A stretch of 56,422 nt of DNA, filler included, from Sphacelaria rigidula (Eukaryota): assembly GCA_964200075.2 (NCBI GenBank). It is 7 parts of 7 records of this genome, joined end to end, with 100 filler letters (N's around TTAATTAATTAA, not from the genome) between each part and the next. Parts side by side here need not be neighbours in the genome. Positions count along the whole stretch, not along the records: positions 24,227 to 32,200 come from CAXNAA020012782.1; positions 32,301 to 40,274 come from CAXNAA020012783.1; 5 more parts are not named here. One strand, written 5' to 3'. The position numbers were made by a program, and so were the translations under genes. The notes under the pieces are model-generated. The model was given only the letters and a program-made list of their open reading frames with translations. It had not been told where the DNA came from and searched no databases. Below, piece by piece: positions 24,295-37,500 of this stretch. Position 1 is the stretch's first letter. The number at the start of each line of letters is the position of its first letter.

Positions 24295-25910
24295 GGCAGT
24301 GACAACAATTACACGTCATATAAATTTGGACCTTGATAAACGACATGTTGGGGTCCTAGTTGAAGAAACAATTTTGGGGAATTCAGGTGATCCGATCGCT
24401 CCCCAAATTGTTTTTTCATCTAGGACACCAACATCTCGGTTGCCGAAATCCAAATTCGTATGGCGTGTAGCAATTGTCAATAGTTACAAGCAAGGAAAGA
24501 AATGGAACCATATTTCGAAGATTTGGTGCGGATAGGAAGATTTCAATTTTCCGGGTTCTCATCCTCAATGAAAAATTCATGCAGAATTTGTAAAATTCCG
24601 TGTTTATGATCTTTTTTTATTAACGAACGCACCTGTTTGATAACATGCATGACTACGAGAGGGTTTTTGCTCAGATGATTGCTTCCGGACTGCTTTGCAT
24701 GAGTTCGCCCAGTGATACACCAGTTAAGGGAGGGCATTCTTGTGAACTGTGAACAGGGTCTACGGTGCTGGATCTACGATAAAGCGGTGAAGCATTTGTG
24801 TTCTGTGTTTTGACCGTAACACGAAGTGGGATATACTACCATAGTTGGCGTCTTTAGGACCAACTTACGCATAGTCTTGATGGTCGGCCGTGAGGCTCTG
24901 CCCACTCGATCACTCCCTTCTCTTTTCCTGCCTCGCTGCACAATGCCACACTTCTACACCATCCTGATCGACTGACAGCCGTCTCCTCTGATCGACTATA
25001 CCAGTCGTGTCCATCGAACTGACCCACGAAACACAACCCGACTAGAACGTTGGTCTGCGAGCCCATAGTATACATCTGGTGGACACTTCCGCGAGCCTTC
25101 CGCACTCCTGATCCTGACTTGAGCTAAATACGGTGCCCAAGCTCGGAATGCTCACGGGAAACACCGTGGTCGCCACATGCACGCCCAAGCGTACCAGTGG
25201 GGAAAACATTCACGACCACTACAATCTCTCGGTGCACTCATTCCCTAGACCATCATTTCACGCTGACACCGGCCATCATTCGTATTTACACATGTCTTCG
25301 TAATAACTGCTGGTGTGCTGCCGAAACGGAACCTTCACTACAGTAAAGTATGCCGCCGGTACAAAATGTACTTCCGAGCTAATCAAGACTTGAGTTAGCG
25401 GTCGCCGAGGGTCACTCCCAGAAGAGATTGGCGTGGCGCAAGAATTACTGCAGGCACTGATCGTGGCATGCACAGCCATGAGTTGCTGTCTGCTATTGCC
25501 TCCACGCACGCCAGAACAAAGACAAAGCCCTGGACTCACCGCTTGGACTCTGCTACGCGCTGAGGATACATAATCGAACAACACAAAGTAGACGCTGAAA
25601 ATTGACGACTATCTCCACAACAGCAGTCCCCATCATTCTATGCCTTTCAAACTCCTCAGACAAGCGATTCTCTACCCAGGGTACGGCTTCCTAGTGCCCG
25701 GCACACTACTTCACGACCTGTACTGCCATTCCTCTCCTTGTGACGGTGGAAGTGCTCCTCACTTACCACCTCAGCTCAGGCAGAAGAGGTGGATATTCTT
25801 CAAAATTGAAGGGGCAACAAAGGCGAACCCCATGCATGCCGGTGCACATCATCACTCTTAAGTGAACTTACGATCGCCAGAACATGAAGACTACCGGTGC
25901 TACAACAGAT

Positions 25911-25964
25911 TCACTTGATCTTATGCTCAGCGAAGATGACATGTTGTCGCACGACAGGGTCATA
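25911..25964 (-). CDS. rpl33: Mitochondrial-type ribosomal protein L33 (bL33m), last exon
   Basis: tgatag| YDPVVRQHVIFAEHKIK*, the canonical bL33 C-terminus, in phase with the upstream exon. Confidence 0.92.
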   Translation of the reverse strand, partial: YDPVVRQHVIFAEHKIK

Positions 25965-26792
25965 CTATCACACAGCGCCAACCACAGCAAAGCGCAAGAG
26001 ACAGAGAGACAATGCGCGGGGGCAGGAGGGAGGGGGACAGCAGAGGAGAAAAGGAGGGCAACCCACAATTAAGAGACGGTATGGGTCCGACGCGTACTAG
26101 TGCATATTCACGGTGGATAAAACTACACCGTGCCAAGATATGGAAGGCACGGTGAAAAATGCAACGCGCGGCTGACGTGAAGAGATTTGAGACTACGCCT
26201 GGCAACCACGGCGCCTGGGAAATACTCGCACGAAACGCGTCAGTTCGACGAAACCCCATGTTTTAATACAAGCTCGTGGCGCTATCTTCACCTCCAGAAG
26301 AGTAAAGAGGCTAGAGATAGATGCAATTATCGATGCACAAGGTAAACTACGTTCAAGCTTGATTACCGCGGCATTATACACACCTAGAGTGCATGCATGA
26401 GCAAATGTTGAGTAAATTTCGTCTTACTTGGTGACAATCTACCCACTGGCCCAACACCAAGCGAGCAAGAACGTACAATAGGCCATCGACGGCATTCATG
26501 GGAAACCCTCAGCCACACGTCATGACACACAGGCGACAGTGCGCGTGACTGACGAACGCAACTCCCCATCAACAAGTCAACCACTGCCGCATGCACCTTC
26601 AAGGTACAACTTGTGTGTTTCGCACTGAAGCATACATTCAGCGCTCGCGTCGCTGGCACCTTACAAGTGAACGGAGAGGCTTCTGAACGCTGCTTTGCCC
26701 CTGTTTCCCGTGAGCAACGCCCCTGAAGTATTATGTATTGCACTACAACGGGCGCGAGCTTTACAAGCTGATTGCATCTGAGCGGGATTCAC

Positions 26793-26917
26793 CTTTCTGA
26801 GTGCCAATTTGGCAGTGCTCTTCCGTACGTTCTTGGAGGTTGTGTAGAAAAATCCTGTTCCTGCCGTGCTGAGCAGCTTGATAACAATGCGGCCTGCCTT
26901 TTTCTTCTCTCGCCCAT
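26793..26917 (-). CDS. rpl33: Mitochondrial-type ribosomal protein L33 (bL33m), main exon (start unresolved)
   Basis: [40 protein letters not shown]|gtgaat, with the LxSxAGTGFFY motif. The nearest ATG (26917) is 1 nt out of frame. Confidence 0.9.
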
Positions 26918-28169
26918 TCCAAGCACCCACGTCGTACCAATTCCGATTCCGAATACACAGCGAAACAGCACAGAGTGTACGAAGAGTAATCACAACACGG
27001 TTGAACAGGAAAACAAAACTCTGGATAAAGAATCGGTCTCTACTAGCTTGCAGAGGCGCAATCAGCGACCAATAAATCGTGCTTGATTGTCGAACTCGTG
27101 ATGCAGGATGTTGGCTTTAGCCGAGACTGGTTTCGAAAATAGGGCAGATGCTTCCCGTTGTTGCAAACTCAAATTTCTTCCCTCGACTTCACCATCAAAT
27201 CGCCGCGAGAAGAATTGATACAGTCAGGAGTACTTCCGGGTCGAACATATAGAAGACTAAGCCCTCCTAATCCCCTTCTGCGCGTGGTTTTGTGAAGACA
27301 AGCGGTGTTTTTCATGACCGTATTTTAAAAGTGAGCTCTATTGGTGGCGAGGCACGTCCTAGGTGCCGCATGAACTGAACTTTTAATTGTCAAGGAAACG
27401 TGTATGCGATGAAGAAATGTGTTCAGTGTGAAAATGGCACTACATAAACCCATGTATCTGGTTCGCGGTTACCTTACTCCGAAACTGAGTTCATCCTGCC
27501 TGCGGTGACTTCACATTTGTTCACGACCACCAGGTGTAGTTCACGCCAAACTGTAGCCAAATATTATATATATATATATATATATACATACAAGAGTTTC
27601 GGCGGCCATCGCCGCCACGCTCAATGGATCGACAGCCAAGATACTTGGGCACCGGTGATGATACTCATGTGCGTTGCATAACGGTACATGGCACAATTTG
27701 GCAAAGCCGTGGTGGCAGCTAGCTCATGAGCTGAGCACGTTGTCCGAGGCCTTGCGCAAACCTTCATCAGAATTCCACGATAGACGATGATTTGGGCGAG
27801 ACGCACGTTCACCACAAAGAAAACGCGTCAGCCCCCGATGAGCGGATGCCGATTCAAATTTGAAAAAGAAGGGTTTGGTTTTACCTCCGCCTCGAGCGTT
27901 TAGTGGAGAAGGACGGCACGCTGCCGTTCCATACTTTTCTCAAGTGATCATGATGCCGATTTCAAAAATATAGAGTTTGCCTCGTTTCTAGCCAGAAGAG
28001 GAACAACCGAGGTGTCCCGATGAAAGAGGCCCATGCAAAGGCTTGACACGTGACAAACAACCCAACACAATCAGCGGTGAACGCGAGGAACTCATTGCCC
28101 CCGCAAAAACGACAGGGCAGCTTGATTGAACGCGGGGATCTCATTGCCCCCGCAAACCAAAAAAACACG

Positions 28170-28321
28170 GGTTATCGAATTTTATCTACCCCCACGACAT
28201 GGCCGCTCTCCACTGTTGGGCATGGTGTGAGATAAATCCTAGATCGTGTGACTGCACTGGGATTCGAACCCACGATCCTACCGTCAGAAGGTTCCGAGGT
28301 TACCAACGGAGTCACCGGGGC
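28170..28321 (-). mobile_element. tRNA-derived SINE family 1
   Basis: Reverse-complement match to head (gccccggtgactccgttggtaacctcgg...ggttcgaatccc) and body (cccaacagtggagagcg). Confidence 0.75.
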
Positions 28322-29177
28322 AACCAGCTGCTGACTCAAATCTGAAATAGAAGCCGTTGTCTGTTGTTTTTAGCGCCTCATGACGAAAAACACGCATGTA
28401 CGGTGGAGCAGCAGCACCAGCTACAACAGCAGTCCAGAGGCAGTACAAGGGGAGTACAGTCGAGACGATGCGACATGCGGGCAAGATCACAACATGCTCT
28501 CGGTGTGCCCCGAGATCGAACGGAGAGTGGTTCCGCACAGCCGATCCAACTGAGCATGATACCGATTCAATTTTCAAGTGAAAACGACACCGGTTCCACC
28601 AATGAATGTGGGCCCTGTGTACGGTGAGAGGTGGCATCTCCGACGGTCAAAGGGTCCACAGCCCATCGAGGAAATGCATCAAACGTCAAGACGCCATGGA
28701 GAACATAGCGCGGAAAGCGTATGCACTCCAAACCTAAGCAGGACGGGAACGCACCCTAATGCCCAGCGAAATGCAAGGTAACAGGCTGATAAGTAAAATC
28801 AGCAAAACATCTTACTCAAAAATCAAGTGAAAAATAAATCTTGGCTTCTCAGAGGTTCATAGAACGGACTGGCCCCGAAACATATGCACTCTAAAATCAA
28901 GTGAAGAATACAGCAAGAATGCGCCTGTCTGGAGGGCTTGAAAATGAGCCGAAATGTAACTCCTACATGTGCATGTATTATTTCACCGTGTTCACCACTC
29001 TTACCGAGTTTTCTCTGGCGGCAAGGCATGTTTTCCCACGCTTTCTTTTGCAGCGCACAGAGAAGGCTCAGCGGTACATTACCGTTTAGGTTTGGGTGTC
29101 ATCTGATACCTGTGGCGCATGTTCTGGCCACCGAAAGTCGTTCAAACCGGCCCTTTTTTGCGGGGTGACGATCCCAG

Positions 29178-29275
29178 ATCACACAAGCCTTTTTGAGACC
29201 ATGGAAAACTTGAGACAAGAAACCGAACCACAAAAAAGCCTGTTGAAGATCATGGAAATCTTCGAACAGGGACAG
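29178..29275 (+). CDS. Possible exon, unknown protein
   Basis: cccag| ... CAG|gtattt, reads HTSLFETMENLRQETEPQKSLLKIMEIFEQGQ. No partner exons identified. Confidence 0.3.
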
Positions 29276-30084
29276 GTATTTTTCCCCCGTGTTCCTCTTT
29301 GTCGCGTTCTCGTTCATTTGTGAGCACGAACACACCGGTTACGCCGCCAATGTCACGAGAACATGAAAGCATGCAGTTGAAAACAATCAAAACATTGCTC
29401 TGGCCTTAGTCAGCAGCGAACACAAGACCGTGCAATGGGCCGTTGGCGAGTTGAACAAGGCACACGGGACGGCAGCACAGGAGTGTATTGCCGCAAAAAC
29501 AATCACCCTGTTTCAGAAAAAGTCCCAGTGATGTGGAAGCTATAGTGATGTACGAGGAACATGCCAAGAATGCTCCACGCATTCCAATTTTTTGGGAGTG
29601 CCTCCCGCTGTCATGTCTTTGTGGCACGAGAGCTACTTCGTACTCTGGCACCTCGGCAATACCACACAGACATGTCCTACGCCAGCGGTTCCGCCATCGG
29701 CCTCCGTCCGGATTCCCATATTTTCCGAACGACCTCCGATCACACATGCGATGTTTTGTACAGCCACGATCACCATACTGTACATTGAGATACAACGGCC
29801 TCTCTTGGCCATATATTTTCGACGTGTGTGCCCCCGGGAGGCCCGTACCAACCGAAGGGGAACCTTGTATTATGTACAACTGCACCGTACACAAATTATT
29901 GTCGGATTCACACTGGCTATTAGAACACCTCATCCCCCTATTCTCGCTTGTTTTCCAGCTTTTGAGAATAGCCCTCCTGTTCTAAAAACAAAAATCCACC
30001 ACCCTTGCCATCGCATCGCCGTTTTTACAAAGCCATCCGAATGGGTTCCAAAATTTCCACTCTGAGCAAGATCACAGATCATAC

Positions 30085-30279
30085 CGTTAGGGATGCGAAT
30101 CGCTCAAAAAAACATATAGAGAAAAATTCTAATAGGCGTCCCGGCCCTTCCTGATGAAAAAACCGAGCTACCCCGTCAGAAACGAAGGATTCATCCGGTC
30201 GGTCCGGATTGAACTCTAGGAGGCCTTCTGCACACATCAGGCACACACTACCTTGCTGACTCGCTTGCGGTAGTACTGT
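30085..30279 (-). CDS. Possible exon, unknown protein
   Basis: gtgcag| ... ACG|gtatga, 195 nt open: TVLPQASQQGSVCLMCAEGLLEFNPDRPDESFVSDGVARFFHQEGPGRLLEFF... Confidence 0.35.
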
Positions 30280-30399
30280 CTGCACATCATCATTCCTTTC
30301 TCAAGTTGAAATTATGCCAGCGCAACAGATGGCACACCCTGGGGGTGACTGTCCGTACGGATAGACGAAGCTGAGCTACAACGCGCAACACGGCACAAT

Positions 30400-31290
30400 G
30401 CAGTGCAGTGCAGTGCAGTGCAGTGCAGTACAGTACAGTGTTATCTTCTGCCCCCCCGTCCTCTGCTACGATCCTTTCTATTGTCTATGGGTATCACCAA
30501 GGATCCGATTACACCAACTTTCTGGAGACAATAAACTCGTCATGCCGCCAACTCTAAAATTGAAGCCTTAGACTGCCAGGGTGGTTCATCTGGGGTCTTG
30601 CAGTTGTGTTTAAAGTGGAAATAATGCCAATGCAACAGGATCCACCCTGGCGGTGACTGCTGTCTGTATAGACATTGTGGACGGACCTCAACGAAAATGG
30701 AGGCGACCTTTGGCCTTGGGCCAAAATCTATGGTACATTTTTCCGAACAAGCTAACCGTAACACCGACCCTAACCCTAACCTCGACTCAATGCCTATGGG
30801 AAACCTCGGGCAAGGGGGGTGCAGTGGTTCTCCTGGGCAAAGTGTGCGTTGGCAGGTCTCAATTCGACGCCGCCGATATCGATCTGGACAAAAACACGTT
30901 TTGGACGAGCTGGGTCCACTACTCACCTGCCCCTAACAAAAGAAAACAGAACTTTCTTCCCTCTAAAATCAAGTAGTCATCCTGTCAACGATAGAAATTC
31001 CGCTCAAAGCAAAAGCTTCACTGCAAAAATGCACGGTACAGTATAATACAGTACAAGGCAGTAGAGAACAGCAGAGTGCTGTCTTCCCTCTCCCCCACTC
31101 TGCGTCTCTCCCCTTCGTCTATAGGTATCAACAAAGGTCAGATTACACCAAAGTTTTGGACAGCGTCACCTCTTCCTACCGCCAGCTCCAAAGTGAGTCC
31201 TTCGACCATCACGGTGGATCATTTGAGTCCTATTTTCATGTTCAAGTGAAGAATATAGTCATGCAACCTATGGACCACCCTGTTTGTTAC
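30400..31290 (+). repeat. Two diverged direct copies (~30400-30650 and ~31035-31285) of a ~250-bp repeat with a (CAGTR)n-like head
   Basis: Shared gtctat-ggtatca-caa, gattacaccaa, ggtgg-tcat and atgcaac...ccaccctg blocks. Confidence 0.6.
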
Positions 31291-32200
31291 ACTTGCTCCA
31301 CGTTTTCAGAAACACAAGGCTGGCGCTTCGTCGCAGCGGACGGCTGTTCTACAAAAGGTACGTCGCGCATGGCGCTTACGATAAAATCAACACAACCAAC
31401 ACACAGAGCCGCATAATACAGCGTTGGCCGTTCCAGTACACACCACATTCTCCACCTTGGGTTAACTGTACAACTGGGTACACAAGCGGCAGCGCTCATC
31501 TCTTCATAATTTGTCGAAGTGCACCAAACATGAAGACACGTACGCACCGAAACAACGCTTATCCGACTCAGATATCTCTTACAACGTTTCCCCCCTCTGT
31601 GCCTTTTTCTTCGTCTGCTTTAGTTGAGGACGGCAGGTTGGTCGGGGATCTTCGAGCGGCCGACTTCGGCACCCCAGTTCTCTTCATCGACGTGTGCGAT
31701 TCGAGGATTTTTTGTGTTGATTGGTGAATTGATTGATTGATTGATTGATTTATTGTCGCACTTTCATGAACCCCAGGGATCCAGCCGTTGTCACATGACA
31801 GACGTACCTGAGAAACAAAACGGAAACACTCCCTTGAGAAAAGTGAGTGTTTTTTTGCGTCGTGTGCTTCAAATTCGAATGCAGAAGGGGGTGAGATCCT
31901 TGTCAGGAAAGGTCCCGTGCTCAGCAACCCTCCCCGGGAAGTGGCTGCCTTGTGCAGTTTTTGAGGGTAGGGTACGCTTCAAGAGACTAAAAAACAGCCC
32001 TCTCTGTGTCAGCGGTATGGAGGTGGATGTAACGTCTGAATAGCAAGGGCGCCGCGTGGACGCACGATATCTCCAGCAAAATTATGTAGTACATCATCAA
32101 GTGTATCCATATGGGGAGGACGGGAAAGAAGATAAGTTGTCTATGGTCGGAAAAAATGTCGTAGAACAACCCGGACTCTTTTTGGAGGCACCCCCCCCCC

Positions 32201-32300
32201 NNNNNNNNNNNNNNNNNNNNNNNNNNNNNNNNNNNNNNNNNNNNTTAATTAATTAANNNNNNNNNNNNNNNNNNNNNNNNNNNNNNNNNNNNNNNNNNNN
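32201..32300. other. Artificial contig linker
   Basis: Same spacer. Confidence 0.98.
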
Positions 32301-32741
32301 CACAGGCCTTCACATTTCCGGCTCCGATGTGGTTCTCAATTCAACTCGAGACGTAAGTCTACATGAATTGAAGACTTTGGATTTCAAGATTTTAATTGAA
32401 CAGCTTTCGATCGTCGCTCTTTCGTGCAGCTTTCAAGCAACCGCAACAATGTTGCACCCGTTTACACGACAGGTGTTCATCTACACGCCACAAACTTCTC
32501 CCACTAAATCTGTCCTCCTTCTTTCCAACATCACCGTCACTCTTCGTAACATTTCTCACCAGTCTCAACGTCATGAGACTACAGTAGTACACCAAAGGAC
32601 GCGGGGGCCTCCTGCCAAGTCTGTCCTTCTTTCCAACATCACCGTCACTCTTGGTAACATTTCTCGCAAGTCTAAACGTCATGACACCACAGTACACCGA
32701 AGGACGAGGGGGCCGTAGGCCCCCGCGTCCGAAGCCCTTGT
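32301..32741 (+). mobile_element. Non-autonomous Helitron/Helentron-like element with duplicated 3' segment
   Basis: ~110-nt tandem duplication (32507-32615 / 32616-32715). GC hairpin ggacgagggggccgtaggcccccgcgtcc ends a few nt before CTTG|T. Confidence 0.5.
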
Positions 32742-33325
32742 ATAATAGTATTATTATATTTGTGATCGAGTACTTCACCTTCTTTCTGCGGTGGTTGAAT
32801 TATTTTTTTCATCGCGAAAAGGGTTTGGCAGTCAACAGTTTTTTTTCTTCCGACCCCAATTGTTTGTCGCCAATCGTAAAACGTGCAAACGCATATCACA
32901 CGACAACTTCCCAGGTTTCTAGGATCAGACCGATTCAAGCATATCTCTGTGAACTGCAGATCAATATGGTCATGCACGTCTTGCCCACCCCCCCCCCAAA
33001 AAAAAACAAAATATACTGCATAATATATGCTACAAGGGCGTGTCTTCGCGCTTTTTCTCCCAATCGAAAACGTGCGGTCGATTTTTTTGTAGCAATGGCC
33101 TAGAAGAGGTATACCTTCTCGTTTTTTGCCCAAGAAAGGTACGAAAAATGGCCAGACACGCGAAAACAGCCAAACACGCCATTTTGACCGTTTTCGCTCC
33201 GAATTTTTTCAAGCACATCATTTGAGGGGGCAATTGGCACCCGGGCCTCGAAAAAAACGAGAAAAAAACGTGTTGCTCGAGAGATATGGCCACGCGAAAA
33301 CGGACGTCTCGCCTTCAGAAACCCC

Positions 33326-33404
33326 CCTCCGTCTCGAAAGGGATGCGTGGTCAATGGTCAGACGACTAAGGCAAGCAACACATGAGAACGCCCCCCACCC
33401 CCCC
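33326..33404 (+). mobile_element. Poly(C)-tailed ~65-nt element
   Basis: ctccgtctcgaaagggatgcgtggtcaatggtcagacgactaaggcaagcaacacatgagaacg + C-run. Confidence 0.8.
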
Positions 33405-33785
33405 GAGCCTTGGGGCCTTTATTATCGAACACATAAAAAAGATGGGAGAAGGTCTGAAATTTCGGCATTCGACTAGGGCTGGTTATTATCTAGATCTACT
33501 GTTGCCGTTAGATATCCCACTATAGATGGTGCTGATCTCGTCGTTTGCTTGCCTTCACCGGCAAAGTAAAGGACAGGGTTATGCTACCTGCCGGTGTATG
33601 GCGTTCATAACTGTGGTAAACATATTCATCACAACCTCTCCGTGACACGGAGGGGCAGTCGGACAGGCTAGGATGTCATCGAGCGGCTCTCTCGGGATGC
33701 TGCAGCAGCACACATGAGTAAAACTACCGACTGTAGAAAGCCCCGTGCATAGATTGCGGCATGCTTGCTTTCTGTGAGTTGTATG

Positions 33786-33980
33786 GACTAATGCCGAGAT
33801 AGCCTCCCCACGAACCGGCGAAAAAAGTGCACGGAGGACACGATCAAAAGTGCTGTTCGAGCCGGTTTCGTGAAGCACGAACCGACTCATGTGGGCATTA
33901 TATCTGTTTTCGGACTGCTATACGGCTCTCATGTGGGCGAAATTGCTGCAAACGATCCCAATAGTGTATTCGCAGCCTTG
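33786..33980 (+). mobile_element. Partial copy of the 46745-46993 MITE family
   Basis: gactaatgccgagatagcc end plus shared catgtgggcgaaattgctgcaaacga. Confidence 0.65.
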
Positions 33981-34561
33981 CTCCATTCTACCGCCTCTGG
34001 CAATTCTGGTGGGATGTCCAAAACGTCTGCCATCCGGAAACCAGCATGATATAGTGATACTAGCCCGCAAGACAGTAAATCCGAGCCACTACACGGCCCC
34101 CGATACATATGCCTGAAGCCGATGCGAGCTGCGGTGAATTAGTCGCAACCGAGTAAGACCGTTCATGCCGGTTACATGGGGTTGCGTGGGCTACGTATTT
34201 AAGATTATAATTGAGAGGCAACACCACATCCTGAAAGCGCCATGTCCACGTCACGTAATCATGTCCTAGCTAACCCTTGTCAAATGTCCAAAATTGTACA
34301 GTACATATATGCATCCTGCAAACCGAAACCCCGAGGCGTGCTGGGACGTCTCGTGAAACGAAGCAGCCTTGCTTCGTATCTTCTGCCGTGCTATTCGATT
34401 GCAGTATATAGTGGAGGAAACTTCCTACTCGGCGGGTGCCGTGGTGTAAAACGCCAACCGGTTCCTGCGGGGGAATGAACCCCATGTGCCCCCCCCCCCC
34501 CCCCCCCCATAAAATCGGCTTGGAGATGCCGACACGCGACATCTGCGGCAACAACGCCTAC

Positions 34562-37500
34562 TCAGCACTGGCCGGCCCAGCTCCCTCCTCGAGTCGTTCG
34601 TCTACTCTCTAGACCTTCCCTCTTGTTGCGCCACATAACGGCATCCGCGTCGGTAGTTGGGAACTTTGATCTTCCATCCCTAACTAGTTGGAGTCGGGAT
34701 CCATCCCCGTCCCCGGGGGAAAAAATGTACTGTCTTGATACGTTGTCCTCGAAATCGGATGACGACAGCCTACTTGCACCCACCCTCTTCTGGGGCATGG
34801 TCCAGTAAGGGGCGAAGATGTATGCAGTAGAAAACTCGTATTCATCCGGCCGAATGCGGTCACCGATGTTCAAGTTGCGAACAAGCGGACGTTCGTGGCG
34901 TCTTGTGCAATCGTCACGTTCCGCTACGTCGCGCATGTCAGAGGACACTGCGTTCCATACATCCGCCTCCTTCTCGGGAATCAATCCCTGCGAGATCTTG
35001 GTGTGGGTATCATCTATGACCTGTCGTATCTTGTCGATAACACTGCGATCCAAACGTTGGGGTGTAGACGAAGAACACCGGGATCATGAAGTGTTTGGTG
35101 TCAGACCGCGTACATAGTTGATCCACGCAGAAAAAGAGATGGTTAAGGATATTAATTTAGGGAAACTTGATGGCGCCGAGTCGGTTTCAGAAACCGCATG
35201 CGTTACCTCTCTCGAAGGTTTCTAGCAGGACGGGCACCGCTGTATGTCACTACGTGACTCATCTGCACATGCGTTTGGGGTATATTTTCGACGTTCTTCC
35301 ATGAATTACATTCCCATGAATGTGCGCACTGTAACATACCCTCACCCTTCAGGAGGGTGCACGGGACTTTCACCAACCAAAGCGCCGCCAGAGTCTAGTG
35401 CAACAGGAATTCCTGTCCTGCCATCTTTGGCGACGTTGATGGCTCTCTCGACTTCCGATTTCGGTGACGGGCCTGATTCATCGAAACTGCTGTCTCCTCC
35501 ACCATCGGACAAAAACACAACACAAGTGTTGGGTGTTCCGTGTATGGCAACCAGAGCGCCGTCCTCCTCAGGATCACCATCGCAGTCCTTCTCGTCACGG
35601 TTACCGTCACCGCCGCGATCCTTGTCGGGGAGACCGCCTCCGCCAGGTGCTTCTTGTCTTCTGCGTCGAGTTCCCCCACATCCTGCACCGCCGGTATTGT
35701 TGCTGCTGTTGTCGATATTCCCACGATCGGCACCATCATATTCGACAGGATTTCGTCCGAGAACTCACGATTCCGTGATTGTGGAGGAGGCGCGTACGAA
35801 GACTTATTTTTCCGAGATACGGGGGTCTTTTGGCGTGTGCCCTCCTTCCTCCGCTTAGGGTCACTTGAGCATACCCCTTTGCCGCTTCTCTTGGCGTCGG
35901 CATGTCCGCTCACCGATCGACCGCTGCCGGAATGCACATGGCTGGTGTATACCCCTCCCCCCTTCCCCTGTTCTCCTGCCGTAATTGGTCGGGTCGTCCA
36001 TGCATCAACGGCATCGCTGCCCTAGCCGTTGTCCATGGCACGGTTGTTGTGATACTTCACCGGCTCGCTCCCGCCGCCTGGGTCCGTATCGGGGGGGGGG
36101 AAGCGCGTTATTTTTCCCTTTTCCCTTCTGCATCGAGTTGGAGGAGGTGGACGGGTTCCTGCCGGCGTGACAGACGACGTGGGGGCGGCTGTGACTTTGG
36201 GCGTATTCGTTGTGGGTGGTGCAGTGGTTAGTAAGCTCTCGAGGTGCATGTTTCACTGTCGCCTGCGTCATATACAGCTGCTGTGCATACCACATCACGC
36301 CCCGAACAATAATTGCAATAGGTAGGGTTAGGGTTAGCCATCAGCGCTCACATATTCGCGTGAATATCCCATTCCATAAATAGAGACACGTTTGTTCGAT
36401 TGACAACCCCCCCCCCCCCAAGTCCAGATGCGTACAGTCACGTTTGACGTGCGCATGTCGATTGTCCGTGTGCAGGGGGGATTGGGGGGGGGTAGGGTCA
36501 GTGGTGCTGCAAATCGAACTCACCGCTGGGTGTTACTTGTCTTCGTGGTGACGTGTATCATACCGTCGGACCCGCCCATGACCTGCTCTAGTGCCTCGCA
36601 TATGTAGTGGGGCACTTGTATCATCTTCGGCGCGTTGTCATCGTCGCCGCTCCAGACTGCAACCGAGCGCGTATCGATGTTAATATCTGTGCAACATTAT
36701 CGGGAATACAGAAGTGTGTGAGTGTTCTTCTCGATGAAATATCGAGCGATCGCGTGCGGGTCACATTATGGCATATAATGAACGATCGCCCCACAATAAC
36801 GGGCGAGCATTTCCGTTCTCGACCTTCTGCGATCGCTCTGTGCGTGGGTGTGAGCATGACATCTTATGTCCAACAATTCATTATGGTAGCCCGTGGGTAT
36901 TGAGCACACGCTTTCTCGGTTGCAGAAACCGGTGGTTGTTTGACATTTATCCAGGGTGAATGCTGTGTAACAGACATGGGTGTAACGAGGAAGACAATCA
37001 AACGATGCGATGTAAGGTCACCGTTGCCGGTTGGACTCTTGGATACGAAGTGGGTACAGTTTTCGAGCATGCTCATTACTCACAGCGTGAGTATCCACAC
37101 GCATGCAGCACATGCATCAGGGCCATCGTGAAGGGTTCGGTGCCTTTTTCTTCTCAGTGTGAGACATCGACCGCTTGTGTCACGCGCCGTAAGAAATACT
37201 CGTCCGGGTATGTTATCCTCCGTGGAGGGGGATCGTGCCAACTCACCGGGTTGGGCGACTGCTGGTCCGCTGACAGGAGCAACATCTTCCGGCGTCGCTA
37301 CTGGGTCGTTAACATTGAGAAATATGGTGCCCTTGATGTATGCCCTTTCCATATCTGACAGGAAATATGGCCCGTTATCAGAGGTCCGACGCTTGGGTGC
37401 ATCACTTACGAGAAGCTTCTGGAATGCGAGAGATTTCTCGCCCTTGAGGTGATCGACGACGGCTCGGAAATCGTCGCAGACCATGACAGACTTATCTGCC

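Noticed and set aside
16881-26917. Functional linkage between the zinc-finger gene and rpl33
   Set aside because: They lie on different contigs separated by an artificial linker.
30766-30781. Telomere-like (CCCTAA)n here and (TTAGGG)n at ~36322
   Set aside because: Only 2-3 internal units, so not evidence of a chromosome end.
35244-36231. Long plus-strand ORFs overlapping the unknown gene
   Set aside because: They are likely antisense shadows of GC-rich sequence, since splice signals and neighbouring blocks favour the minus strand.
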